DNA of 64,000 nucleotides from Eremomyces bilateralis CBS 781.70 (Eukaryota): NCBI GenBank assembly GCA_010015585.1, contig ML975154.1; one strand, 5' to 3'. Shown piece by piece: positions 39,088 to 51,728 of this stretch (position 1 is its first letter; each line of letters starts with the position of its first letter). The notes under the pieces were generated by a model. It saw only the letters and a program-made list of their open reading frames with translations, ran no database searches and was not told where the DNA came from. The position numbers and the translations under genes were made by a program.

Positions 39088-40644
39088 CTACAACTCCTCT
39101 TTGTATGTCTCCTCGCTGCCTTCCTGCTCCTCCTCCTCTTTGAGCGGCTCGGAATCTCTCTCATTTCCATTCTGCCCTTCACTTTGGCTTTCCTTATCTT
39201 TCTTCGCTCCAGTCTTCTTCTTCGGCTTGATCTCCGCACGGTATTCCAATCCCCGCCGCACCTCGTAAAGATCAATCTTCCACTCATGATCACGAGCGGC
39301 TCGCTCGATCCCCGCCTTCATAATTTCGAGCTCATCGGTGTTTGTGATCTTCAACTTCTTCAGTTCGGCTGGGGTTAGGTTGACTCCCTTGCTTGAAGCC
39401 ACAGTCGTTATAAATGTCGCCGTTCCGCCGCCGAGGATCTCGCCCTTTTCTAGGACTTTCCCCTCCATCCCAACCCATTTCTTCGCACCGATCTCTACCC
39501 CGCCAGCGATGGGATACTTGGGCGGTGCTTGTTCCAGTGCTGTTTGTAGATCCACCAGACTTTGAGACGCTTGCTGCTGGGCTTCCTGCTGCATAGCCTC
39601 AAACTCCTTTAGCTCTTCTTCGGGGAGAACAGCTCGACAAGTGATCGGATTAGGCTTTTCTTTTTTCGGAGGAAGGAAGGCTATATCGTTGCAGAGGCGG
39701 GGGGTTTTGATGACCATGAGATAAGAGCACGTGGCAACCTCTTTGATAAGGCCGATTTGATCCGCTGCTTGAGGTGAGCAATGGAACTAGAGTAGCAGAG
39801 TCAGTACCGTAGATCTGAATGGGACAGATTATATGCGAGCTCTTGGAAGCTTATGACGAACCTGGACTTCTATCCGCCTCTCTCGCCCGGTCAAATCGCA
39901 CTGGGTTCCCCCCCCCAGCTTCTGCACCAAATATCTTTTCTCGCCTCTGGTTTCAAGCTTCGCCAGCCCAGTCTCTTCACTCTGCCGGCGTGAGGTAGTG
40001 TACCCCTTTCCATCACTTGGCTCAGGAAAAACACCCAAGACATAGCTGTCCACGGACGAGTCCTCGATGGGCGGATACGCCGGGCCGCCCCTTTCTGTGG
40101 AAAGTGGATGGAACTGCTTCACGCCATCATTGAAGCAGAATGAGTATGACCACCATCCTGAGACGAAATAGATACACTGCCCTTCCATCTCCTTCACGAG
40201 CTCCCATCCGCGAGCAGTCGCCCGAACAAGCTCACTGCTCTGCTCTTCCGGCGAGTGTTCCTCCTTTGTAGTATTCGGAGGATTGACCACAGGAATGCTG
40301 CAGAGGTACTCGATTCCGCGGAGGTTCATAAGCTCATAGTCACGGATTTCCGGCTCTTTCCGCGACTCCGCTGTGTCCTGCAGATTCGCTGACTGTGAAT
40401 GTTCGGGGAGGTATGACGTGGAGGGAGTGAGTCCGGATCGTGTAAGACTCTTTGGGTCGTCGGCAGCAATAACGTCGTCCGAAAACACGATCTCATACTA
40501 GGAGAATTAGCATAACGCGTCCGGCACGGATTGAGAGTTGTCGCGTACTTGGGGATACGATAGCAGGTCATCCAGCACGTTGAATGCATGCGAGCTGGCA
40601 TCGGCCAGTCGCAACAAGGCGACGAAAGCCCATATGTTCCTCAT
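39088..40644 (-). CDS. YOS9: ER lectin OS-9/Yos9 (MRH/PRKCSH domain)
   Basis: Signal peptide MRNIWAFVALLRLADA; CIYFVSGWWSYSFC; YLVQKLGGGTQCDLTGRERRIEVQ; VIKTPRLC; C-terminal KEEL ER-retention-like signal. Confidence 0.93.
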
Positions 40645-40969
40645 GAGCGCATTGTTTGCCGCAGATATATGTCGCTTCTGCAGTTTGCAGATGTCGGATA
40701 AACTCCAATAACTGTACCAGAAGTGTATGTTGTTTATTGAAGGTGACAGCTGTTCGTTGATGTCAGCGGGGTGGAAATCATGCAGGGGTTCCGCTCAGGC
40801 TTCCCGCTCCACCCCCTGATGCACTTCCCATGCCCAAGCGGAGAGCATTCCAGCGCCGGAATGGGAAATCGATATCAGAAGACAATTAAATGGACAAATA
40901 GCCAAATTTATGGAGTGGATTGGGAAGCTATTATTACATTATCAGTCATAAAATGGGGGCTCCTGGTGC

Positions 40970-41758
40970 TTAATGCTGCAACACCACCGGCTTCCCCTTC
41001 TCCCAATTATCCAAGCTCTCCCTGATATTCATCCAAAACCGCAATTTCACCGTCTCCTTCTTCGCCTCATCCAAATTATCCTTTGCAAACAGCTCCTCCA
41101 AGGTCCTCACACAGTCCTCCACCCGTTTCTCATTCACCTCCCGCAGCTTCCACACGACGTCCTCGGTCTCCGCTTCTTCCACCTCCTCCCTAGCCTCCAG
41201 CACCTCCATCAGCAATTCCTGATCATTCTCATCCAACTTGGAGCTCTCATCCTCATGCGATGTGATACCCCGCAGCCGCAACAAATACTGCGCCCGCGCG
41301 AGGGGTTCTCGCAGCGTTTTGTACGCCTCGTTGATATACGACGATGCCGCTTCCGCCTCCCTCTTGCGCGCTGGAGGCGCGAGATCCGGGTGTGCGATCG
41401 ACTGTAGACGGAGAAACTCCGCGCGAAGTGCGCGGACGTCGATGAGGAAGGGACCGGCGGGTGGCGGGCCGGCGGAGAGGGTCTGAGGGAAGAGCTCGTA
41501 GTATGTAGACGGCCTGTTGGGTTTGGACTGGGGGATTGGCCGTTCGGTGGCTCTGTGAGCTTTCGGGGGTTCGCTAGAAAGCCGGGTGGTGGTAGACAAC
41601 AGTCTGTAGCGCTGCGGATTGCGAGGGCCGCGGCGACATGCAGAGCATGCAATACGCGAAGGGGGCGAATGTGTTGGCTTGTAGGACCTCGAGGAAATAA
41701 TGTCGACGGATACGAGATGTCGTAGGGTTCGTAGAGTTTCCGATAATACAATCCGCAT
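40970..41758 (-). CDS. JAC1: Mitochondrial Fe-S cluster co-chaperone Jac1/HscB
   Basis: Arg/Ser-rich presequence; LQSIAHPD J-domain; INEAYKTLREPLARAQYLL; LLMEVLEARE HSCB C-terminal domain. Confidence 0.93.
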   Translation of the reverse strand: MRIVLSETLRTLRHLVSVDIISSRSYKPTHSPPSRIACSACRRGPRNPQRYRLLSTTTRLSSEPPKAHRATERPIPQSKPNRPSTYYELFPQTLSAGPPPAGPFLIDVRALRAEFLRLQSIAHPDLAPPARKREAEAASSYINEAYKTLREPLARAQYLLRLRGITSHEDESSKLDENDQELLMEVLEAREEVEEAETEDVVWKLREVNEKRVEDCVRTLEELFAKDNLDEAKKETVKLRFWMNIRESLDNWEKGKPVVLQH

Positions 41759-43078
41759 CGTGACTTTCTGCTTTAATGACTTTGCTTGTGATAATAACGG
41801 GCGTTATTAAGTTTGAAGACCCAGGAACAATGCAGCGCACAGGCAACTTGGCCAAATTGCTATAGTCCACAACGACGCTACCTAGATCGCTTAAGACGGG
41901 AAAATGGAAAATCTTGCAAATATTCACATATAGTGACTGGTCGAATAGATTGCGATTGATGATGAATGGAGCAGAAGTCCTGGCGGACAATTAGTGGCCG
42001 ACAGATATCGTTCTTCATGAACCCTGGTCGAGTCTCAACCCGGGACAACATCACGGGAAGTTTCCCTGGTTCTCGGAGTGTGAATCACTTCTCAGGGTTC
42101 CGATGTATTCGATCCTATGCGATATTCTTTAATCTATGTCCATCATGCAATAGAATTTGATATTATCTATAGGTTGATCATATACGATAGTACGAGTAAA
42201 CGAGATGGACTTTGAGCACGTTGACTCACTGACTGCACCAGCTATATCAGCCATCGGGATCAATTGCTCCCTTCAGCAATGGATTAAAGTGCTGATCCAC
42301 TGGCGTCGGAACCCGTAGGAAGCCCTAATCCCTTTAAGAGGGGGTTCCGGTTTCCAATCTCTTAAACGAATTTAGCCTTCCTCTAGTCCGCCTCCGATTC
42401 ACTATATAACGGTACGAATTACGATGTACGATCGCATCCAATATCACAACATCTTCAGGTTCCGTTTCGAGCATGTACCCCGGACTTGGCAGGTTAGTCA
42501 GGTTATGCATTGCAGGTGGTCCGAGCATTCATTAAACTCGAACAAGATAGTTGTGCAGCTTCCTGAGTAGAACGACTGTTAGCCGCTAACTTAGGGCTTG
42601 GTTAATTAGGATACTAAATGGAGCAGTCCGAATCAACCGAGGAAGCCCTACTATTCTACAATTAGGGCATCGATGTATTTCGAGGTCCCAATCAAGCCGG
42701 GCTCCCCGGCATGGTTTTCACAGGCTCGAAATTCGGTAGTTTACTGTATTAGGATCGGACGTTGTATGAATATGCTTCGAACGCAATTTCTGTTTCGAGG
42801 CGCCTCGTAGCCCGAGTTTCGAGACATGATGGGGCGACGGGCGGTGGCACGAAGGAGTAATGGTGACCCAACTTATGAGACAAGGTCCATAGATTGGTAA
42901 TGCTACCTAGGGACCTGTTCGCGGTCGACTATATGCTCTTCGGTGGTTGTGTAATTCCGAAACAGGTTTCCTAGAACCTTTACCACCTTAGTTATGATTG
43001 ACTAGATGGTTCGAATCTCCATGATCATAGCTAGTGAAAACCATATCCGAAACTCCATTGCGACGCTTGAAATGGGTA

Positions 43079-46000
43079 TCACTGCTTTGCCTCGGCCTCA
43101 GGACCAGCTGGAGGCTTCTCTGCTCCAGTACCATCGCCAGTCGTCTCCCCAGATTCACCCTCTGTTGCCACTCCATGTTCTGTACTCGGCTGCCCGACAG
43201 ATGCGCCCCTATCCGTCTCCCCTGATTCACTCTGCGTTGCAATTCCGTGTTCTGTAGTCGGCCGCGCAAAAGTTGCGCCCGTATCCGTCCCAGTAGATGG
43301 TGCAGTGCTAACAGGAGATTCAAGCTCCTTCCTCACCGAACTCACTCTCTCATTCTCGCGCTCTACACCTCGTGAGAAGATCTGCCTCATAACATCCTCA
43401 TGTCGCGATCCTTCATCCGTGCTCTCTCGCTCGTCCCGCACCTCAGCGCTCCCTTCGGCGTCCGGGGTATTCGCGCCAATGCTCTGAACCGGCTGCTGAG
43501 GGCTGTCCACACCCCCTTCTTGAGGGCTGCCTCGATGCGGAAGGGAGGTGCCGAGTTCCGCCATGCGTTCCTGTTCCTTCCGTGCGTGCACCTTCCGTAG
43601 ATTTGCCGCGCTGCTCTGGCTTCGCATGTCCGGCCTCCCGTCTTTGCGGATGAGAATGCCCTCGGAGTTTCGCGACGGCTTGGTGCGTGTCTTCTTGGTA
43701 TGCGCGTACGGATCCATGATGGTAGTCGTCATCGTTGGTGCCGGCATCGGTCGGCCAAGGCCACCACCAGTAGTTCCGGCCAGTGCTCCGCCAGAGCCTC
43801 GCCGCATGACACCAGATCCGCGGCGCTGTTGGTAGTACGCGTCCGAGGGATCGTACGCTCCTGATACCCGACCCTGATCACGCTCCCACTCAGTAGACTC
43901 CGCACCTTCCACGCTAGGGTATTTGCGTGGCCTTCCTGGGCCACGAGGTGTTTCCCTGCCTCTTTGGGACACATAGTGATCCGCTCGCCAGTGTTCTTCC
44001 GCTTGATCTTGATTGATTCCGTATCCTGAATTCGTTTTCTCGGGGAAAGATGATGAACGACGTAACGAGTAGTCATCAGCATCCATGCGTTGATGCTGCG
44101 ATGGATAGCTCTCTCGCGGTCCTAGAGGCGCAAGTTTGAGACGTTTCGGCGACCCGACGGGCGTGTGGTTGGTCGCGTACGCATCAGTTCCATTCACCAA
44201 CGGTCGCTTCGTCCCTGGGTTGACCGTCGCCCATCCGCTTGGTTGAGGGCCAGATTTCTCATGAGGAAGACTGTGATGAGGATATGTCGGTCTTGTTTCG
44301 GCAAGACTCGCCAGAGGCCCAGCACTCCCTGGCAATGGTGGTAAAACAGACGACTCTCTTTGCGACGAACCTGAAGGAGTCACTGGACCAGCCGTGTTTT
44401 CCTCGAGTCGTTTGGTTTTTCGTTTGAGGACTTCCATCTGCAACTTTATCCCGTCGATTTCGTTCGTTTTAGCAGCGATATTGGCTAGGGTTTGGGAAAA
44501 GAGTTCTAGATCGGAGTCATCAACACCAGCGCGAGATTCTTTTCTTCCGGTCGCCCCAGGTCGACGCAGATCCTCGACGAGCCTGAAGAGTGAGCGAATA
44601 TCATGCTGAATGCCACCCACTGCGGACTCCACTCGTTTCAACTCCCGACTCTGTAATTCGAGAGTCGCGCGATTGTAGTTGACCTGGGTCTGAATGCGAT
44701 CAATCGCGTCCATTTTGACCTGGAACTGTGATGGGTAGCTAGTGCCATTGGTCGCTGGCATTTGCATAGACTGTGCGTGAGGTGACAATTGAACTGATTT
44801 GGACTGTAGAAGTGGTGGAAGAGACCCTGGATGATCCCCAGAGAGCTGCCGTTGTATCGGCGGGAGAGTAGTTGACGCCGACATGTCTGTTACGGCAGGA
44901 GGATGAAAACTGGGCTCGGTGGGAACAGTGGACTTCGAGCTCGCAGGAGTTTCGATATGGTTCGTCGCTGTGGTTCGCGTTGCACCTAAGGACGGTCTCG
45001 ACTTTGCAGCATATTCCACCACATCAGGTTGCACTTCCTTGCCTGTGTCTTCGTTTCGGAATATGATTGACTTATGCTTGAAAATCTCGCATCCTCTGAT
45101 GGTCGAAGAAGTGGTGTTAGCGGGTTGCACAACGTCGACCACGCAATAAAAGTGTTATACTTTAGGGAATTAACGAACCCGCAGAATGTACCATTTCCGA
45201 AGGACGAATACATATGAGAGTAAGGAGTACTTACAGAAGATGTTCTGTTTCTATTGGAGTCTGCAATATCCGAATCGCTATCCTCTCGCCGCAATGTCTG
45301 CATGGGAGTGGGAGGACCTCACTGTGTGGACCCGAAAGAGGTAGGGTTAGCCATATGCTGCAGAAATGTCCACGAATATAAAGCAGAAATGGAGAGTCAT
45401 GGGAATCAGGCTAGCTATCAGGCGTTGGTCATGTAAAATAATAATAGAGCATTTCGTAAACCAAATCGCAGGTGGGTGGGTCGGGCTATTATTTGAATGT
45501 CCATGTCCAAGGACGATCAAGTATCAACAAGGAAAAAGTGAAAGGGAAAGTGGAACGCGACAGCCAATGACAAGCATGGGAATTTAAGTATTGGATAGGC
45601 GAGTTTAAGTTGCGTATAGCTCTTCAGCGAAGTGCTGATTAGTGGAGCTCTCAAAATTTTAAATGGACTAGCGCAAGGCCCAGATGGTGAAAACGGAGCA
45701 GAATAAGGAAAGAGAAGGTCAGGCAGGGTATGAAGAGTGTCAGCCGTCAAGGAGGAACGGCAAAACCGCAAAAAGGAGAACTGGCTTGCAATGAGGCGCG
45801 AGAAGGCGTTGATAGTAGTAATGAAGAGGGCAAAGAGTGTTATCACCCCAGCAGTTAAACTCTTTGTTGGATGCGCGCATTGGCAGATGAGACACTTGGA
45901 ATAGCAAAAGTACTGATGTGGTGAGAATTTCTATGACTGCAATTCAGGTCCAGTCCAATACGCCGTGCTCCAGGGGTGTCAGAGTGAGGTGACTTTGCTC

Positions 46001-46641
46001 GCCTCGCCAAAAAGAAGCCAATAGACCATTCTATCAATTTAGGCTGTGAAGTTGCGTCGGGGGTCTGCATCCAATAACGAGGATTTGGAAATGAAATCAG
46101 AGCCAGGTCGTATCATGTCCGCAAAATCGGGGATGGTCCGAAACCTGGCGCATCGGTTTGGCCAGTGGAGTCAAATATGTCGAATCTCTCGTATCGCGCT
46201 TCAAATAAACGAGGTGATGGGCGTAGTTGATGTAGCAAAAAGCTCTTATGCAAAACTGCATAACTCGGCATGGCTAGGGACAACAAATTGAAGGAAATGA
46301 TTGCAAACTTACCAGCCTCGAAGGTCACTTTTGGAAGATGCTTGCAATGGGATTTTCTTTTCCACCAGACCCGGAACCTCGTAGCTAGCTGGAAGTGAAG
46401 GGAGGAAATAAGAACCGGTGATCTGCTGCCAACTGTCATAGAAGTTGCCAAAGTGAGTGCCGCATCTATATTTTCGAATGAGGTAAGTAAGTACTCCTTG
46501 TTGCGGATTGGAGTGCATAGAACGCGTCGTAGATGCGAAATATCAGATTTCCAATTGAGGCAGTATGGAAGTTTGTACTCACTTTCCACAGATCGCCTTG
46601 GTGGATCTTGATTGCGAGGAAGTAAATTCAACGTCCTCCAT
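43079..46641 (-). CDS. Uncharacterised nuclear-type protein: N-terminal CxxC..CxxC (Yippee/Mis18-like) domain, coiled coil, AT-hook; four exons
   Basis: Exons 46641-46583, 46465-46313, 45321-45235 and 45095-43079 join in frame at canonical GT-AG sites: ..KAICGKCGTHFGNFYDSWQQITGSY..SDLRGCEVLPLPCRHCGERIAI..LLGCEIFK; later GPGRPRK and RKDGRPDMRSQSSAANLRKVH. Confidence 0.82.
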
Positions 46642-49054
46642 AACTTCATGACACGCCCAAGGGGGACTATATGCGGCAACGGAGAGGGTGTGCACTATCT
46701 GTCCACGCGTTAGAGCCGACGGATGAAGCCAGACTGGAAGCGGTAACGGAGTGCCTCAGTCGTGCTCGTCTCGGCCGGGCAGGAAATAAGGCTCAATGAG
46801 GTATTAACGCAGATTGGAAAAGGTTTCGGTTTTCATACTCCGGATGCGAACAAGGGATGTATCGACACTGGTCGCTGATGGGGTGAGTTTGATAAACTCA
46901 ATAAACGTCTGTTGGGTTGAAAATAAGATAGGGAATGGAGAATAGGTGTTAGGGCAAAGTACGAAAGTGAGCCGACGATCCTGGATTAGGGCGGATTAGC
47001 AAGCCAGGCTACAGGAACTGGGAAGGATTAGGTGGACTGTGGAGTCTGTGGAGATGTGTCACAGTGTCACTCATGTGTGATGTGTGAGATCTAGGAACCA
47101 AAGCGACGACCTGGAGCCCGGGCGACAGCGATGCTTCCTGTTACTTAGGTACACACTCGGCTTGTATTCTATCACTAACGAAGGTACCTAGGTTTTGGAA
47201 AATTGATTTTTTTTTATAGCCTACATGAAAGGCGCTGACATTCGCTACTGGGTGTGGAATGTGAATTGTATTACTCAATTACTGGCGGCAGTGATCGGCG
47301 GCAAGTAAATTTAAGCGACGGAGTGGAGCCCCTACAGCCTACAGGATGATAATTGATAATGAAATGATAGTTAAGCTAAGCTGAGAAGGAGCACGAATAA
47401 TCCCCAAAACAGAGATAGCTGTGGCTTCCAATATGTTCGTATAGCGACGGATAGTCAACAGGAAATTCCTCTTCCGTCCAGCAGCCAGACAGCTATCGCC
47501 AACCCCTGATCATGATTTGCGCTGAGTACCCAGTCTCAACTAATACTCACTCTCCCAAATCTGGAGTATTCTGCCGTCCTGTTCAGACATCCGGTTGTTC
47601 GTCGTCTACACATCCTTTGGGTTGCAGGGACCAGCTGTCAAGGGCAAACCCGTAGTAGGGCCTTGCCGATGGAATCCCCTGCCGTCCTCCCATGGCCCCG
47701 GTGCCCCGGGAACTGCGTCGCCGCCGTCGCGCCAAAGTGCCAAGGGGCACTGTAAAACAATCTCATGCTCCCTCAGATAAAGTCCAATAAGCCCTGGCAA
47801 GTAGATGTCCCATAATTTATACTCGTATAAGATTAAACGAATCCGAGTACGGCGCTACTGCCTCTTGCTACTGTGTGATCTCGCGCAATCCGATGCAATA
47901 CTAGCACCTCCTATCCTTAAACCCTATCACTAAGACTCTAATAGGGAATCGACAAGACCCTCACTAGTCGCTATGCTATTTCATGTAATTGCTGCCGAAC
48001 GCTAAGTCCATTAGATGCAGAGCAGTAGCTTTCTAGGTAAGCCTGAAATCCTGCACCCTTGACTCTTGAGGGAATGTTGGTAGAAACAAGGACTCAAGCA
48101 ATTAAATCTCGACGCTATCACATGTAGTGCCGGCAACAGTGCCAATAGTGGCTGGTTCAAGTGCAATCATGAGTTTGAAGCGAATCCTGTTCGTTCTCGC
48201 TCTTTATTACTTACGGTATTTATGACGATTGACGACCCATGTCCATAGAGCTAGTCATCACAAAAGGAGGGTAACTTCGGCTGGCTCCGAGATGCCCCAC
48301 TGCCTATCGTCACTTGTGCACCTCTCTCCGGGAGGCGAGTCCCGCTTCATTGGCCTTCTGTTCTATCTTCGTATATGGGTTTCGTAGTATGGCGCGTTCA
48401 TCTTCACATTGATAAGGCTATATTGACTGGCTATTGCATAATTGCATTGCATTTTTAGCGTCTTCAAACACATGCATTGAGCTGATCTTGGAGGCACTAT
48501 CGAGCCAATGAGCTTGTCCAGTTGTGCCTAGGCATCGGCTTCTGCTAAACTCGGAATTGAGCCAGGGGCAAGGAGAGCCAGGGACTGCGTAACTCCAGGG
48601 CCCAAGTACTTCATGTCTGGAGCCTGGATAACCTCCATCTATCGTTAGTTGGAGGTTATGTATTTATCCATGCTTGTCTATATGCAAGCTGGGAATACTG
48701 CTAAAAGGAAGGAAATCTCCGATGCTTAGCAAATGAAACCCTAGAGAGATGACGCCGGGAATTGTGTATATTGGGGAGTTCATACAATCAATTAGACCAA
48801 GACTATCTTCGGGGGGATGAAAAGACCAGGGTTTCATAATGATGCTGGCAGCAACCCCATTGTGGTGGAGACAGATGTACCAGCACCATTGCCGATATTC
48901 ATCCCGATTCCCGTAATCTTCGGATGTCAAGCTTGGTTGAAATGGGCTCACCTTACAGCCATCAAAGCACTGCGGGCGACTGGATCAACATAAGACGCCA
49001 ATTTACAGACCGCCGACTCGTGAAACCGATCGCATAGATCTCCAATGATAGCCT

Positions 49055-51220
49055 CTATTTCACCACCATGAAGCCAATGCCATTTCGCGCTGTCCGGGAT
49101 GCCGCTTTCAAGGCTTGGTCTTCGGTATCTGTCCACTTGACGCTCAATTGATCCCACTTCTTAACCTGGTACTCGCGCTTGAAGGTTTGATGAAGACCTT
49201 GCATTCGTACCAGATCCCGAGGATCGCCTGTTCCGCTGTATACGATGAACGCCGTGCAGGCCGGCAACGACTCGTAGATCTTGGTGATGTTTGCAACCGT
49301 TCTGCCGACGGCCTTTGCGAGGCTGCCTGGGTCGAGGTTGATCGGACGCGACGCGTCTGCGGCTCCATCCTCCTCGCTTTTTGAACCGGAGGTTTGATAT
49401 TCTTTGAGAGCCTCACGCCGAAACTTCTCCATCTCTAGTGACCGTCCTTCATTCCACCAACCCCGTACTGCTTCCAGCTCTTTGAATCGCGCCCATACGA
49501 AGTCGAGACCTCCTATCGGAATACCGTTATCCTCAGAGGGTTTGGAAACAGCTCTTTGCACACCAGCTACCACCTCTTCATCTGTGCCGCAACCGATACT
49601 CAGCTCCGCTGCGTTGCCATGTCCTTTTCGAGGATTGCCCCAATCCACAACTGCGCCTTTTCGGAACTCCTCCACCGTTGGGTTTGCTCGATGGTTCGCC
49701 GGCCGAGGTGAGCGCCCGAGGCGCGCAAAGATTGCCTCTGAGCTCACCTCACTCGTTCCCCATTGCGGCCCTTTCTCGCATTTCTGTCGAGCAAGTTCAA
49801 GTGCCGCGCAGGCGTCTTCGATACTATCATGGCCGGTAACGCCATGTTGTTTCTGTATCTCCTTCCCAAGATATTTTGAAGCTAGGAACTTGAGTGCATT
49901 CTTTAGCGGAGGACCTCGCGAATGGGGATAGGTGATGGTCGTGTCAACAATGAACGGATGTGTCATCTTCAGAGCTGTTAGATCGGCATTTAATGAATGT
50001 CCGACGAGTATGGTGCGAGGAGTGATTAGGGAAATGAGTCGCTTCTGAACATCTTCTAGCCTTGTCGTGACAGAATCGAGCTTCTCTTTGGTCATGCCAG
50101 AATAGGGAGTCAAATAGTTGGTGATGGGGTTGTTCGGCTTCACGAGCTCATCCATCACGACCTTGGAGTGCCAATCGACCACACTAACTCGTGTAAGCTC
50201 AAACTGATCTTGCCCGGTCATGCACATCTCGCAATCAATTGCTAGGATTTCGTGTCCAGCCGCCATGCTGCCTGATTCATATTCGTCTTCGGGGACAGTT
50301 GCCTCCTCTAGGGAGTTCACGTTCGTGTCGACCCACCCATCTGCAGACGATGTCTTCGATTTTTCGCGCCGTTGCTTGAGATCCTCCTTTTCCTGCTCAG
50401 TCTGAAGCATCGCCGGATGAATAACAAAGTCATTTTCAATAAGCTGGTCAAGAGAACCAATGAAAGCGGTAATGGGAGTGCGTTTGGGTTGGAAAGAGGC
50501 TGACGCCCGAGGAGGTTTAGGCCCTTTGAGTTTCTTATCTTCCTGCGACTTTGGAATATGAGCCGTGAGAACAGCCTGCAAAGGGGAGAACACTCTAGAG
50601 TATTTGTCGTCTCCGGGAGCTTTAACCGGCCAAATATGAGGGAATATATCCGCTAGTGGTTGAAGGACTGAAGGGAGGATTTCCTTCTCAAGCTTGACAG
50701 GATAATATTCATCTGGGCTAATGAATTTACGCGTCCTTGTGCAGGTAGGGGCGCCATTATCGGAACTTGGATTTGATGCTTGTTGACCCTGCACTTCTGA
50801 GGTACCAACAGTATCTGCTGGACCATTATCGGATGGCGGTTCCAAATCGATGGTCCCATGAAACATTCCAGCTTCAAGTCCTGGAACCATGAGTACAACA
50901 ACTTTCTTGACCGCAGTACGATTCTTGACGGATATCCATTGCGGAGCGATGCCATCAGCAAGAAGGTAAAGAATCAAACTTTGCAAATTGCTGACAGAGA
51001 CTTGAGACTGGAGTCGAGAGTTTGGAGAATGCACGAATTCCGGATAGGACCTGTCATGTTTAGGCTTCTTTGAGCGGTGCTGAACAACCTGCCAACCGTC
51101 TTCGTCGGGCTTGGAATCGGCATTTTGCGATTCAGGTTTGTCGGTGGAGCCGTTGATATTCGCCAGCGTCTCTCCAATGCCGAATCCATTCTCCGACGAG
51201 TACTTTCGCTTCTTCCCCAT
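49055..51220 (-). CDS. REX1: DEDDh RNA exonuclease Rex1/Rnh70-like
   Basis: ExoI ILAIDCEMC, ExoII ILVGHSLNADL, ExoIII GHDSIEDA; single 721-aa exon. Confidence 0.9.
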   Translation of the reverse strand: MGKKRKYSSENGFGIGETLANINGSTDKPESQNADSKPDEDGWQVVQHRSKKPKHDRSYPEFVHSPNSRLQSQVSVSNLQSLILYLLADGIAPQWISVKNRTAVKKVVVLMVPGLEAGMFHGTIDLEPPSDNGPADTVGTSEVQGQQASNPSSDNGAPTCTRTRKFISPDEYYPVKLEKEILPSVLQPLADIFPHIWPVKAPGDDKYSRVFSPLQAVLTAHIPKSQEDKKLKGPKPPRASASFQPKRTPITAFIGSLDQLIENDFVIHPAMLQTEQEKEDLKQRREKSKTSSADGWVDTNVNSLEEATVPEDEYESGSMAAGHEILAIDCEMCMTGQDQFELTRVSVVDWHSKVVMDELVKPNNPITNYLTPYSGMTKEKLDSVTTRLEDVQKRLISLITPRTILVGHSLNADLTALKMTHPFIVDTTITYPHSRGPPLKNALKFLASKYLGKEIQKQHGVTGHDSIEDACAALELARQKCEKGPQWGTSEVSSEAIFARLGRSPRPANHRANPTVEEFRKGAVVDWGNPRKGHGNAAELSIGCGTDEEVVAGVQRAVSKPSEDNGIPIGGLDFVWARFKELEAVRGWWNEGRSLEMEKFRREALKEYQTSGSKSEEDGAADASRPINLDPGSLAKAVGRTVANITKIYESLPACTAFIVYSGTGDPRDLVRMQGLHQTFKREYQVKKWDQLSVKWTDTEDQALKAASRTARNGIGFMVVK

Positions 51221-51346
51221 GGTATGCGCGATATCGATCTGCCTGAGATAAAAAGATTCCTATAATAGGCAATCAGGAAATTTAAGGTTATTTGTTGCTG
51301 AAGGTGCGTGAAACTGATGGAGACTCGGTGGATATTCAAGTCAGCT

Positions 51347-51443
51347 TGAAATTTTCTGGTGAGGTACAGAAGCGGTCGAAGCCCAGATAGCACGTGACCA
51401 CGCGTGGAGTTTGGACCGTTGGACGCGCCACCAACCGACGCGT
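51347..51443. promoter_or_regulatory. Motif cluster in the divergent REX1/AlkB promoter: RRPE-like TGAAATTTT, CACGTGA, two ACGCGT (MCB-like)
   Basis: TGAAATTTT 51347-51355, CACGTGA 51391-51397, ACGCGT 51400-51405 and 51438-51443. Function is inferred from yeast motifs only. Confidence 0.35.
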
Positions 51444-51728
51444 CTCCAGTGATCGCCACTTTGGATGCACTGCATAGACACCATATCTCTATTTTGTGCG
51501 CATATGTAGGTTTCATATTGTTTCTTCATCCAAAACATCTAGTGCTCTCTTTAAGGTGTGCTTTCAACCTTCGTATTGTCTACTCCTTCACCCTGACCTG
51601 ACGTCACGAGTCCAACCACTGAGGGTTTCTGACTCGTCAGTCCTTTTACCGAGCTTTCAATCCATTTATTGCTTCCGGTGTCTCTATTCGAATTCGGAAA
51701 AGGCCATACACGGCTGTCACAGCCCTAC

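Noticed and set aside
42300..43000. TpA-rich stretch with scattered TTAGGG/CCCTAA hexamers (TE relic, telomeric repeat or telomerase RNA?)
   Set aside because: The hexamers are isolated, no TAACCCTAA template was seen, and I could not support any TIR, LTR or coding remnant.
46700..49000. 2.3-kb gene-free interval, including ORF 48664-48951
   Set aside because: No recognisable protein, snRNA, riboswitch or repeat signature by eye; needs Infernal or BLAST.
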